Source: Phoronis australis
Lineage: Eukaryota; Animalia; Phoronida
Length of the DNA: 64,000 bases
Direction of reading: 5' to 3'
NCBI GenBank assembly: GCA_002633005.1
Contig: NMRA01000410.1
Coordinates: 89,977-153,976 of the forward strand
In this document: piece after piece, positions 41,701-53,134 of the stretch
Layout of the letters: each line of letters begins with the position of its first letter
How positions within the stretch are numbered: position 1 is the stretch's first letter
The notes under the pieces: model-generated
The model's database searches: none
Told to the model about the DNA's origin: nothing
Seen by the model: only the letters and a program-made list of their open reading frames with translations
Translations under genes and position numbers: made by a program

Positions 41701-44389
41701 CATTCAGGAGAATGAGAAACGATGAATACATTAATAATTTTCATGGATTATCAAGATTAAAACTGTGATTAGGCCAAAAAAGCAAAATTAACTTAAATGA
41801 GACCTGTGCACAGATTAAAAAAAAAAAAACGCTGAACCGCATCATCAATCTCGGCCGAGGGCTCGTGTTTGTTTAACAGCTGCACAATGGCATATAATAA
41901 GCAAGATTTGAAACGCTGTGATTTGCTGAAATTTCTTTTTTGAAAAAGCAAACAACTAAAACTATACAGTACCACTGACTCGATTTTCTAAATTGCAGAG
42001 CAGAACCAACTATGCTTTTCTGGAATTATACTAAGTAATCTATATTCATGAATCTATCATACAGAGGTTGTCATCAAGTTGTCAACACAGCTACCAGCAT
42101 GATTTACTTCTCCACATGCAAAAAATTCACAGCTGGCCCCGCTGTTTTTGCTAATGAGAAAGATCTTGATCAATTTCGAACACATGGGTATGTTCGATTA
42201 TGGCCAAGAATACCTTGAGCACAGTTGCTAAAGCCAGTTATGCTCCAAGTACAGAAATCGACTTAAATTCAAACACTATAACTGAAAGTCTTCCTCTGTG
42301 ACTTAGAATACCAATTTCGTAAAGACTGTAAGGTCAGTCTCAAAATCATGCGCGAGAACCTCATCTGGAAAGCCAATGAAACTTAGCTTTAAAACGAAAT
42401 GAGCAGTGGCCGGGTGGCCCTTTCATGAATTTGCAGTAAGAATGCTCGCGATGACTTCCTAAAGTCACTTTGAGGTTGTAATATGTAATAAGATCATTTC
42501 TAAAATCTACTGGAGTATTTGTAGCAACCTCTAGCCTACTAGTACAATGGTGGTGTGGATAAGAATACAGACAACATATCCAGTAGTAACAAACTATAAC
42601 TGAAGTGAACACCAATTGACTGAAAACATCAGTTGTAATAAGCAACGTGTCACCCACTCTACTGTGTCATATGGGCGAAACTGATCACAGCTGTGCTAAG
42701 CACTAATCTAAGACCCTTGCATTTTTAACAGTGATAGATTTTTGACTGCAAAAGCAGCTGTATGTTTTCACTTTGAGGTAAAAATACAGTGATGAAAGTT
42801 CTTACTTTCTTCAGCAACTCTCCTAGATTTTGCACGCCTTCAATGACAAATGTTTGTGCATTTGAAATGAGACAGATTTCTTGAAGAATAACCACCACAC
42901 TTTTGAGTTCTAAATCATTTAACTTTGAATGCCATTGATAAGAACGCCCACATAGGTCAACTGATGTAGTCCAACAGTTGACCAACCAGAGCGTTTTATG
43001 TGGTCAACCAGAACGCACTAATTGGGTACTCCTATAAGTTATGATAGAAAATATGATGTGGCTTAACAAATTTCTTAGATTTGTGCAAGTTATGTGCTGT
43101 ACTACATTTGCAAATTATTGCACATACTGTATTTTCGGTGCGTTCAATGCTTTTCCTCTTAAAAGTATCAACGAGGAGTGGTAACCTTGATTACCTTACT
43201 AGTACCCAAACAGCTGGTAAGCATGTAATAGAATACTTAAATGAATTACATTACGATTAATAAAACAAAGAAGTATCCGTCAAACTATTGGTCAGGAATA
43301 ATTAGGGCTCAATTTGACAGACCGCAGGTTGCCTACGTGACCTAAGATTTTGTTTGATAACCTTGTAAAAATTTCACGTCGCCGGAATGGCCCAATCATG
43401 TCCGTCTGCCCCACGAGGTGGGCTTACACGCATGATATAGGGCCCAAAAGGGGAAATGGACCTTCAAAAAGCATGTGGGGCATGGTGCATATTCGCAAGG
43501 TTTATAAGCTTTTCACTTCAGGTATTTCGTTTATTTCATTTTCGGCTCTTGCCAACAAGGTTTGACGACTTCTGTTCCTGTTTGACGATTTGGGAAATTT
43601 GCCAGTTGGCAAGTTACCCAATGCTGCATCAGAGAGGGCAGTGTTCAGGTTGGCCAACTACCGAACCCATGGGTGACATTATCGCCTATGGTCATAAAAA
43701 AGATGACACCCATACCATACTTCAAATACAAATCAACAAATTCAAAACTGATGAAACAGGAGTAGGGCTTCTCTTTGTATCATGCAAACAGGGAAAAACA
43801 ATGCTAATGGCAAGTATAGAACTTGAGAATAACAACATTTATCACTTGAATAAGGTAAAATTTAATCAGCGCATCTGACTGAGAAGAATTTTTGACGAAA
43901 CAGTCAACTTCTCAAATAGCTACTTACTTCTGGATCATTCTGTAAACAGTCAAGAACTGCAAAATTATTAGATTTAACTTTTGAACAAAACTTTGCAACT
44001 GCATGCACACAACTTGGATGATCGGAGATCCTGAACTTGGCTGGGCTAACAGGTGGAGGAGCTCGGTTACCACCTTGATTGCTAAAACTGGGATTTTTTT
44101 TCCGTACAAGCGGTTCTCCAGGAGGCAATTTCGGTCCCTCTGCAAACTTGAGGTTCGCCGACTGTGCTTGTGGATTCTCGGACTTGTCTGCCTTGTTTGG
44201 ATTGCTCAGTACTTTCTGCGGTTGATTCCCAGGAATTCTGTTACCTATTCTGGATTTGTCGTCAACAGACTCGCCCCCTCCGTTTATGCCACCGTTTTTC
44301 TGTGCCTCAACTGTATTTGGAATGAACAAGTTAAATAAAATTCCAAAAAATATGCAGTGAACATAAAAGACACGTCGCTTAGAAGCCAT
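17701..44389 (-). CDS. GLG1: Golgi apparatus protein 1 (MG-160/ESL-1/cysteine-rich FGF receptor), about 1203 aa
   Basis: 24 coding exons: 44389-43928, 40334-40302, 39823-39731 (identical copy 39083-38991), 37762-37547, 36919-36674, 35739-35550, 34911-34679, 34134-34016, 32721-32620, 32251-32107, 31855-31706, 31059-30910, 29525-29415, 28831-28734, 28150-28036, 26736-26635, 26270-26199, 24710-24645, 24099-23809, 22369-22268, 21177-21055, 19093-18973, 18389-18283, 17865-17701. All GT-AG, 3612 nt in frame. Signal peptide, repeated Cys-rich GLG1 units (e.g. LDRPLYYACREDRELFC, LNPALHKACRLDVPKFC), C-terminal TM and GLFCGRVTKRV tail. Confidence 0.96.
21806..22192. repeat. Intronic minisatellite, ~7 units of 57/59 bp
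   Basis: Unit ctactacagtacaggcccacaattacttatagatgagtccatcccttctcagtattt with starts near 21806, 21862, 21919, 21978, 22035, 22094 and 22151. Confidence 0.9.
22465..22558. repeat. Short imperfect palindromic (MITE-like) element
   Basis: cgagggtgatattaggtcatatgtac pairs imperfectly with gttcatatgacatgatacactcg around a central cccaaaggc. Confidence 0.4.
23068..23765. repeat. Two pairs of ~50-bp tandem repeats separated by ~500 bp
   Basis: agtctgtgatgtattatagtgtacatgtctg occurs twice at 23068-23170 and twice at 23690-23765. Confidence 0.7.
27125..27435. repeat. Purine-rich degenerate tandem repeat
   Basis: Repeated gaacactggaagggg..gaga units with strong G/A strand bias; this explains the Ser/Pro-rich antisense ORFs. 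Confidence 0.7.
27640..27835. repeat. ~64-bp tandem repeat, 3 copies
   Basis: gacttcaaattgttac...gtgcctcatcacagagcacagtgtg..catatgaa repeated three times. Confidence 0.75.
31064..31250. repeat. 31-bp minisatellite (5-6 copies) abutting the acceptor of GLG1 exon 12
   Basis: aataaaggaaagagatcaacagtttgcagtg repeated in tandem. Confidence 0.9.
33370..33522. repeat. Inverted repeat with ~44-bp arms (palindromic MITE remnant)
   Basis: caactgcaaggttctggctaatgagtcaggcaacttaaatctga pairs with tcagatttaagttgtctgaatcatagtacgggaccttgcagttg. Confidence 0.7.
39139..39334 (+). mobile_element. Left end of a hAT-like non-autonomous element (truncated by gap)
   Basis: Begins CAGGGCTCGACATAAC exactly where the duplicated flank ends; internal palindromes caggtcgcatttgcgacctg and gtcgcaaaatgcgac. 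Confidence 0.55.
39336..39641 (-). mobile_element. End of a TA-inserting DNA transposon (second copy at 46807-47106)
   Basis: High-identity reverse complement of 46807-47106. Terminus CGGTAAAGTCGCGTGATTTTCGGAC is flanked by TA in both copies. Confidence 0.75.
40847..41090 (+). mobile_element. Tc1/mariner-like MITE family fragment (TACAGTAAAA terminus)
   Basis: tacagtaaaatctcactaatttaggac...atggctgacaagtgaaattc; related pieces at ~14600, ~60200, 60819-61022, ~61290 and ~63190. Confidence 0.55.
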
Positions 44390-44586
44390 CTTGGAATTGA
44401 CCACTCAATGATGACCGGTCGCAACTGTCATAAAAAATATACGTGTGGCAATACTGTTGTAGTCGTACCCTCTTACCTAAGTATTAAACAAAGTCTCGTT
44501 GATTATGATGGCACATCAAGAAGTTTCATTTGACTTTAGATTCATGTTAAACCATAAATTTGTTTATGAAAAAGTGAAAGAGAAAA

Positions 44587-44602
44587 GCGCCACCTGGCGC
44601 CC
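44587..44602 (-). promoter_or_regulatory. CTCF-consensus motif about 200 bp upstream of the GLG1 start codon
   Basis: Minus strand reads GGCGCCAGGTGGCGCT. Confidence 0.45.
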
Positions 44603-44825
44603 ACTTACAAGAGAAGAGAGATCGAAGTGAGTGGAGAAGTTGTGTTGAACAGTGTGCTGCTGCTTTGGTGACCCTCGTATCTTTTGTTGTGTGATTGATA
44701 ATTTGACGGAAGACTAGGTTACTTAATGTTTCCTAGCGCATTGGTTCATTTTTAGAGCAAACGTTGGTTTTGGATATGCTTTACAGTCCGACTCCAAAGT
44801 CAAAGCAACTTGAAATTGGTGTTGT

Positions 44826-45243
44826 TGCTGCAGTGTACGTGAACTTGGAATCTTGCTTAATCTCAAGATTAAGCGGAAGTGAGTGTTGCGTGAACTTGGA
44901 ATACGTGAGGCAACTTCACAAGTTCAGTCAAATGATTACGTTCATGTTCATAAAAATTTGCACTGCACTAAATCAAGTTACATTTGAATAAAATAATGTC
45001 AATTTTAACCAACTTTTTCAACTACGGGCGATCAGTTTCACCAAACAATAATCGATTTAGCCATTCACATATTCCTCCGGTTCAGCGACACAAGTTACGG
45101 TAAAGGAGAAAATGGTTGATCGCGAGGCCAATTATTAAAAAAATTCTTTTCGCCGAACAAAAATTTCACCTTTTTGCCTTAAAGAATCACCGCATACGCA
45201 ATCTTGATCGAGATTAAGCAGGATTCCAAGTTCACGCTCAGCA
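44826..45243. mobile_element. MITE with ~35-bp TIRs; related shorter copies at 45636-45771, 53315-53371 and 53767-53904
   Basis: cgtgaacttggaatcttgcttaatctcaagatt is inverted relative to aatcttga..gagattaagcaggattccaagttcacg. Confidence 0.6.
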
Positions 45244-46806
45244 TTGTGACTGTTGTGTGACCTTAGAATCTAAACTGTGCCACACTGCCACCGTGTTTAC
45301 TTAGCAGTAGAAACAGTGATACTTCCACAGCACCTTCATATGCTGTAAGCTTTTCAACAAATTATGCCTCGCACTGATTAAAACCATCAAAATATGTTGC
45401 TATAAGGACCTTTTGCGCAGAGAGAGACACCAGGAGGGTGTGGATGTCTTTAATTCTTTCCAGCTCAAACAAATATTCATGTAATCGAACTTGTTTTCGA
45501 CCAGTCCTTCGTTCAGTTGCCCAAATCGGCAACTGGTCATTTTTCCACTACTCGTGCTAGGAGATATAAAGGCCCTATGAGAGCATCACCATCTCCTAAG
45601 GCCTACTCCTAAGTAGAGACAGTGGCACTGTCTACTTGGTATCCTGCTTAATCTCAAGGTTGCGTTTCATTAACGTGATTATTTGAGTGAACTTGCCAAG
45701 TTTCCTTGTGTATTCCAAGTTAACGTATACACAATCTTGAGCTTAAGCAGAATTCCAAGCTCGTGCACAGCATTCCTTTCTGGTTAGTGCTACCTCGATC
45801 CGCAGTCTCAGATTCTAAAAATGCAACACTCAAAGAAACATACTGATTGTTCTTTGCTTGCCTGAATCACTGTTTTCTGTTCGTCTTTATTTTCATCGTG
45901 CAAAAACCAAAACAGGTGTTTTGCATCAGAATGACCTTTGTTGGACGAAGCCTTTGTTGGACGAAGTCCCTAACGGCCTAAGTCTGAGCAGTATAGTCCG
46001 GACCCTAAAATTGAGGAGAACTCATGTAGCCCTCAGCCTACGAGATCGAGGGACAGACTATTTTTTGTGATTTGCAATATTCAAGTCAGGCCATAAAAAT
46101 GGTGTGCAGCAAAAAATTTTTATGCGCCCACATATAAATATGTGGGCGCATAATGCCGTCATCTTTGTACATCCTTCTGTCCGTCCGTCCAGCGCCCGCT
46201 GCTCTATCTCTAAAACACTTTGACGTATGTTCATGTAATTTTGTACATATGATCCTATCATGGATGGGACAGTATGAGCGAACTTTTGGACGGCTCCGAC
46301 TACCGGTGTGCCCCCTAGTGGCAATTTTAGTTTTTTATGCTTACCTCTATAACTTCAAAGGTCTTCAACGTATTTTCATAAAATGTGGCATGTAGGCATC
46401 TATTAGTGAGGTGATGCTATCTTATCGTTTTCAGATAGATTCGACGTAATTTGCGCCACCTAGTCGCCATTTTTACTGTTTTCGAATATGTTTTTAGGCA
46501 TCCACTCCTCTATCAACAAAACCACTCCAAGGAATGGATGATTGTGGAAATTGGCATGTATGTTCTTACTATGAAGAGGACAGCTGATGATGATTTTTGT
46601 GACAATTTCGACGACTTTGGCGCCTCCTAGTGGCAGTTTTGTTTTTTTGCGCCCATGGCTGTATCTCCTAAACTGTTAGCAGGATCTTTACTAAATTCAA
46701 CAAGTGTATTTATGTGATGTTGACAATAGATGACGACAACTTTCGGACGGATCTGACTACCGGTGTGCCCCGTAGTGGCAATTTTAGTTTTTTACGTTTG
46801 CCTCTA
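45036..46806 (+). repeat. ~1.77-kb direct repeat, copy 1 (copy 2 at 53135-54914)
   Basis: Colinear from tttcaccaaacaataatc to ttttagttttttacgttt, roughly 90% identical by eye. Confidence 0.9.
46117..46806 (+). mobile_element. Helentron-associated (HINE/DINE-1-like) element, copy 1, cut by a later insertion
   Basis: T-run, then perfect 15-bp hairpin TATGCGCCCACATAT-AA-ATATGTGGGCGCATA, a (GTCC)n microsatellite and ~150-bp tandem units. Confidence 0.7.
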
Positions 46807-47106
46807 CGGTAAAGTCGCGTGATTTTCGGACATTGAAAATTAATTCCGATAGAAAAAATTCATTCTTGGACGAATCTCGCGAAATATCATTTTGTGGTGT
46901 TCGAGTTTGGCGGACCTCCAAATTTGGGTTTCCGCTAGTGTCCGAATTTCGTGGGTGTACATTATTTCGATGAGCGGTCGTAGTTTCAACAATGCTGGCT
47001 CGGTCATTTGATAACAGTATAATTGCAGGTAAATGAGACTCAAATGGTCTGAGCGATTAATTTTTGAAAATCTGGCTTTCCCAATAAGAAATGTGCGTCG
47101 CCGACG
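46807..47106 (+). mobile_element. Left end of a TA-inserting DNA transposon running into the gap
   Basis: TA|CGGTAAAGTCGCGTG; matches 39336-39641 in reverse complement. Confidence 0.75.
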
Positions 47107-47871
47107 NNNNNNNNNNNNNNNNNNNNNNNNNNNNNNNNNNNNNNNNNNNNNNNNNNNNNNNNNNNNNNNNNNNNNNNNNNNNNNNNNNNNNNNNNNNNNN
47201 NNNNNNNNNNNNNNNNNNNNNNNNNNNNNNNNNNNNNNNNNNNNNNNNNNNNNNNNNNNNNNNNNNNNNNNNNNNNNNNNNNNNNNNNNNNNNNNNNNNN
47301 NNNNNNNNNNNNNNNNNNNNNNNNNNNNNNNNNNNNNNNNNNNNNNNNNNNNNNNNNNNNNNNNNNNNNNNNNNNNNNNNNNNNNNNNNNNNNNNNNNNN
47401 NNNNNNNNNNNNNNNNNNNNNNNNNNNNNNNNNNNNNNNNNNNNNNNNNNNNNNNNNNNNNNNNNNNNNNNNNNNNNNNNNNNNNNNNNNNNNNNNNNNN
47501 NNNNNNNNNNNNNNNNNNNNNNNNNNNNNNNNNNNNNNNNNNNNNNNNNNNNNNNNNNNNNNNNNNNNNNNNNNNNNNNNNNNNNNNNNNNNNNNNNNNN
47601 NNNNNNNNNNNNNNNNNNNNNNNNNNNNNNNNNNNNNNNNNNNNNNNNNNNNNNNNNNNNNNNNNNNNNNNNNNNNNNNNNNNNNNNNNNNNNNNNNNNN
47701 NNNNNNNNNNNNNNNNNNNNNNNNNNNNNNNNNNNNNNNNNNNNNNNNNNNNNNNNNNNNNNNNNNNNNNNNNNNNNNNNNNNNNNNNNNNNNNNNNNNN
47801 NNNNNNNNNNNNNNNNNNNNNNNNNNNNNNNNNNNNNNNNNNNNNNNNNNNNNNNNNNNNNNNNNNNNNNN
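47107..47871. other. Assembly gap (765 N)
   Basis: Run of N. Confidence 1.
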
Positions 47872-49160
47872 GGACTGTATCCCGGCCTGTCGATAGACCC
47901 CGCTGTATGCTTACCTTGGTTATTATTTTCAAAGCACCTTTAAGAAAGCGACCTCAATGGCCAATAATCGACACATTTTCACACATTTACGCAGGGGACA
48001 GACCAGCAGCCGTGCTCCGTTGGAGCCCGATACGTTTCCACAGACGGCAGTCCACAGGGTAAGCATACAGCGGGGTCTATCGGCAGGCCAGGATTCCATC
48101 CCTAGTCGTGTCCCGGGTATCTCTGAAAACTCCCCAGACGGCGGTCCACAGTGTGAAGTCCGACAGCTTGCGGGGTAGTGTGGTGCCGATGCCGGAGCGA
48201 GGCTGCTGGTCTGTCCCCTGCCTAAATGTGCGAAATTTTTCTAAGTTCCAAGAAAATGTGTCGATTAGTGGGCATTTGTGTCGCTTTGAAAATATAACAA
48301 AGGTATTGTAAGCATACAGCGGGGTCTATCGGCAGGCCGGGATACAGTTCCTAGTCGTGTCCCGGGTACTCTGTGAAAACTCCCCAGATGGCGGTCCACG
48401 GGAGTGCCAAGTCCGGGAGCTTGCGGGGTCTGCGGTGCCGAACGCGGCTGCTTGTCTGTCCCCTGCGTAAATGTGCGAAATTTTCTAAGTTCCGAGAAAA
48501 TGTGTCGATTATTGGCCCTTGTGTCGGTTTCAGAAACGTTGCTTTGAAAAATTTCCTAAGTCCAACGAAATGTGTCGATTATTGGCCATTTGTGTCGCTT
48601 TCTCAAAGGTGCTTTGAAAATATAAGCATAGAAGGGGGGTCGATGGTCAGGCCGGCAAGATACAGTCCTAATAGTGTCCCAGCTATTTGCGAAAACTCGC
48701 CAGACGGCGGTCCACGGTGTCAAGCCCGGCATCCTGCGGGGACTACGGTGTCGGCGAGGGCGGAGCGCTAGTGCAGGCCGGTCTGTCCATGCGTATGTGC
48801 AAGAAATGTTTCGATTATTGGCCATTTGTGTCGCTTTCAGATACGTTGGGTTGAAAATTTTTTCGAGTACAAAGAAATGTGTATCTGACTATCGGTGCCG
48901 GAGCGCGGAATCATGGTAGCCGTCGGGTCGGAGCCTGGCCAGTGGAAGACAGGGGGTGCATGTCCATACTGGCCAGTTGAAGACAGGGGGCGCACGGGTA
49001 CATTCTGGCGGAGCGGAGCCGGGACAGATTTGAGGTTTGCGGACTTTTGTTTCTCCGGGCAGGATTAGGAAGTTTCCGCGGGTTTTGGTCGCGAAACGAA
49101 ATGTGTCGATTTCACCCTCAATAATCGACACATTTTAAAATGCGCATTTTCACTATACCC
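47872..49160. mobile_element. GC-rich foldback-like element built of modular tandem repeats
   Basis: Units start at 48059, 48308 and ~48623 (taagcatacagcggggtctatcggcaggcc); 47872-48010 is an inverted unit; sub-motif AAATGTGTCGATT recurs; terminal 13-bp inverted repeat at 49099-49135. Confidence 0.6.
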
Positions 49161-49169
49161 TATATCGTG

Positions 49170-49328
49170 CCACCATAGACTATAGATAGGGACTGCCAAC
49201 TCCCGTTAGAGCGCGTTGCGCATGTCGCGGGCCACGGGACATAAGCACTAACGATGAGAGGGCGCTGCACACGCAGGATAGAAAACTTCCGGTTTTATGG
49301 AGCGGTCGTTTCCTCGTTTCAAGATTTG
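49170..49328 (+). promoter_or_regulatory. CpG-rich promoter and putative non-coding first exon of POP4
   Basis: CpG cluster, NRF1-like GCGCATG, ETS motif ACTTCCGG at 49285-49292 and donor TTG|GTAAAG at 49328/49329. The link to POP4 is inferred. Confidence 0.45.
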
Positions 49329-52196
49329 GTAAAGTAATCAATATTGAATTGTTCGATTTTTTGGAGTTTTTCAGACTTGTAAAAATAAAATGCGTACACT
49401 GTTCTCTGTCATGTCATTTAAATCATTCACAAGATAATTCAGACATGTTATGAGTTATTAACGCCAGAAACGTCTTCAGCTGATTTTCCCGTATTTACAC
49501 TTACCGGTAGCGGTACAGTGTCGCATCAGCCGATTTTTGGTTATACCAAATTAGTATTGGTGTTTATTTAAATTGAGTACCGTACGAATCAGCTCATAAT
49601 CATAAGCACAAGCATTAACCACCAAAAATGAATTTGTAACAATGTTACACAATAACTATTTGCCGGTAATTCACACAGCTTTGTTCCAGTTCCAGGGGGT
49701 TAGGGCCAAAGGCTAACTGACATTGACACGTCATTTGCAAGATGAGTGTCAAAAACTTGCTGTCACTACTATCATAGGCCAAAAGTACATTGTAAGGCAA
49801 CTTCTAAACATAGCTACGATTAAGCAAAATTGGTTCGATACATGACACTTGTTGCTGTTAACAATCTTTATTCCATTCCGTTCGTATTATCAGAACATTG
49901 GTAAAGAAACTGACCAAGAGACGACAAACGATAGTTCGAAACATAGTTGTTTCACCAAGTGTAAATAAAATGACACAGTAATACCACCACAGCAAAAGCT
50001 AGAAAAATATGCAATCTATGGTACACAGCAGGTGTGAAATACTGCAAAGACTGACAAATGGAGGGGGTAACAAGAATGTCTCGCAAACAAGTGCAGCATG
50101 ACCCTGTTTGTTGCTCATTCAAAACGGGCTTCGTGAATGTAATCAAAAGGTACTCTCAATATTTTCAATAGCAGCACATTATGCTCTCCATGTTGAGTGA
50201 GTTGACGTATTCTCCACAGTTTCTTGACGATTGATACTGATGATTATGAAGGTGGGCATGCTCATTAAGACTTAATGTCTATTTCTCTCTTTCTGTGTCT
50301 GAACATCCTCAAAATGTCACAAGTGCATAGAATATCTATAAAATAATAAGGAACAAAGAGTTGCATCTGGAACGTGATTTTGTGAAAGTGAACTCTTCCC
50401 CCAGGACTCTTCCATGGCTTTTTAACAAAAAACTGAGCTAATTTTCAGTATCGCGTTGAGCGTGAATGTTTAATTGCCACAACAGAATCAGTTCCACTAT
50501 TGAGTAGTGGAGATAACCAGCAATTGAACTGAAGAAGTCAAAATTTGGAATGACCAGTTGGCACTGGAATTTTCTTTAGGGTTTTGTGACGCCAACAGAT
50601 ATTCAATGTTCGAAAGGAAACTATTTTTTATAAATTAAGTTTTTGTACTTTGTACACAGTGAAGGGAATTTAGTTTTAAGAGTTATATTTCTGCCTGCAG
50701 AAGAAAAAAGTTATATTATAACTTGAAATGAAACCACCAACTGAAACAAAATACCACAAAATTTGAAATAGAGAACATGAGAGGGAAAGACTCAAGTTAT
50801 GAAAGGTGTTCTGTCAGCCTTATTTTTATTGGTTATCAGATAGCACAGCACACGCAAAATAGACATTGTTCATTTCTTTATTTTCCCAGTTCCAATGAGT
50901 AAGTAACAGGGGTCTGGGATTCCCCTGCCTTACTTTACAATTGTTAAGTGAAAAATGGCAACACGAATATACAATGGAATGATTTTTACAATGACAAACA
51001 GGATAAAACATAACAACATTACATAAAGTGTTGCATACATTTCTGAGAAGGAATACAAGAACACCCTTTGCATACTATTTTTTACAAAATAAAGCTTTCA
51101 GAGCAAAGCAAAATACAAATTTCATCAGAAACACTTCAATAGTCTAAAATGGTAGCTTTAGACATGCCATTTCATATATATATTTTTTAAATTGTTAAGG
51201 CGGCTGTCGAGCTTTTTAATTTTTACAGCCTCAAAATATCCTTTTTTTCAGCAAATAGCACCCAAAAAATTCAGGCTACAAAAAAATTAGTTTAGACAAC
51301 TATATTTGGGAATCCATAGCGTACTGTGTCGCTAAAACAAGATAGAGACTCCTTTACAAGTAGGTTAACAACATGACATAGTCACCAAACCAGTTTTAAA
51401 ACGACAAAACACTTCAAGAATTACTATGGTTCGGGAAAACTATTTCTTTTGTTCCAAAATATTTCAAAACAATGCTAAAAATAAAATTGGTGTAACAAAT
51501 GAATTCAAAACTAGCAAAAACCAGAAACCTAGTTTTTTCATAATATTTCGTCATTTATTCAAAAATCTTTGAGGTTATATGAAGTATTCTTTTTTCCCCA
51601 AGTGAGATCAATGTTTTCACAATCTTAAGTTACGCACCATATGATAAAAATGATCGTGTGCATTTTTAATTAAACAAAATTAAACTGGACAATAATTTTT
51701 TTAAAAATGAAACTGATCACAGTACCACCACAAGGTAGAAAACATGTGACAAAATTAATTTTGAAGAAAATAGACTGAATCTATTCCCAAAACTGAAGTT
51801 AATTTTAAAAGTATTCTGTACTGTTTTAATGAAAATATTGCACCAATTTAAGTCACTTTATGCAATTCAGGGAAGTTTTGACTGGTTCTGTTTAATCCAT
51901 TTGATCAATCAAATTTGAGTTCAGTTTTAACCCTGGAAAGGTCAACATGGTTCTTGAAAAATGATTGAATTTACCTTTTTTGGAAGTATTGCTAAATGGA
52001 AATGGTGAGATGAAGTGAAAAAAATTGATGATGAATGTATTAGGATACGATAGTAATTGTTACGTTGAGAGTACACTCACAGGTCTTTTCCAGGTTAGAA
52101 ATTGACAAGGCATTAAATTAAAAAAAATACATTTTCCCTACTTTTATCAATAAAAAAGTACACTTAGGGCAGAATTTTTAGCAAACAGTTTGACAT

Positions 52197-52352
52197 CAAT
52201 AGTGGATTTAGAGGGGTGCCAAGAGGGCTACACCCCTCCCCCCTAAAATTCCCCCAGATTCCATTTGGCGGGAGTGCCAGTGTCTGAATGACAAAATCCT
52301 GGCTAATACTCTGCTCTGGTCCCCCTAACACAAAATCCTGGATCCGCCCCTG
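52197..52352. mobile_element. Short degenerate MITE of the CAG(T/G)GGCGGATC family
   Basis: caatagtggatttagagggg ... cctggatccgcccctg. Confidence 0.5.
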
Positions 52353-53134
52353 GATACACATATCAATAAAATCGGTTTGGTAACGGCCATTTAGCAACTG
52401 AAAATTTATCCCCTTCTCAAGTGCCGCAGTACTTCCGATTTTTAAAAATATTCATGAATGCCCCCATTTGTTGACACGGATATAAATATAAAGAAGAAAG
52501 TTTAAATATTTCGCTGGAATACTTTTCATTTTCTACCACTTTTCATGCTAATATATATGAGCTTCTGAAAATCATGAAAAATGGCAAAATTTCGCTCTTG
52601 CTGAATTTTGGATGTATTGGTATACTAAGCCAGGCCTATGTTATGTATTGTAGACGTAGTGACGAATGAGAAACTAGTACATTTAGGTCGAGCCAAAATT
52701 CATACAAAACCACAAAAGTAAAACTAAATTTCATCGTACACGACTGAAAATTCAACTAGTGAAAAGAATTATCCATTTAGCTCAACCTTTTCATTGGGCC
52801 AAACGCCTCGGTTCGTGAATCGTGTATTGAACTGTGCCAGCAGGCGGGCTGATCAACAACAACTTGTCAAATTAATTCCGACACGTTTCGTAGCAATAAT
52901 CCGACTTGAATGGCTCGCATACGCGATTTAGTTTGCATAAAACACAACAAATTAAGTTCAAACACAAAAATTTGCTTGACGTGCGCGAAATAAAAAACCA
53001 AAGTTCACCTTCGTTACTATGCTTAGCCATGAGACCGGAAGTTTTGAATCCTGCTCACGTACTTTTGCGTCAGGCCGCGAGACTTCACGGAGTCGCGAAT
53101 CTCTTTACTAATATCTATGGTGCCACTGTTGCAC

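Noticed and set aside
17504-44338. Plus-strand ORFs overlapping GLG1 exons (e.g. 17504-17968, 36701-37081, 44003-44338)
   Set aside because: Antisense frames of real exons with no independent evidence.
47033-48062. Three long ORFs of 287-323 aa
   Set aside because: They are open only because they cross the N gap.
48108-49131. Several ORFs with repeated peptide motifs
   Set aside because: Translations of GC-rich tandem repeat units, in inconsistent frames.
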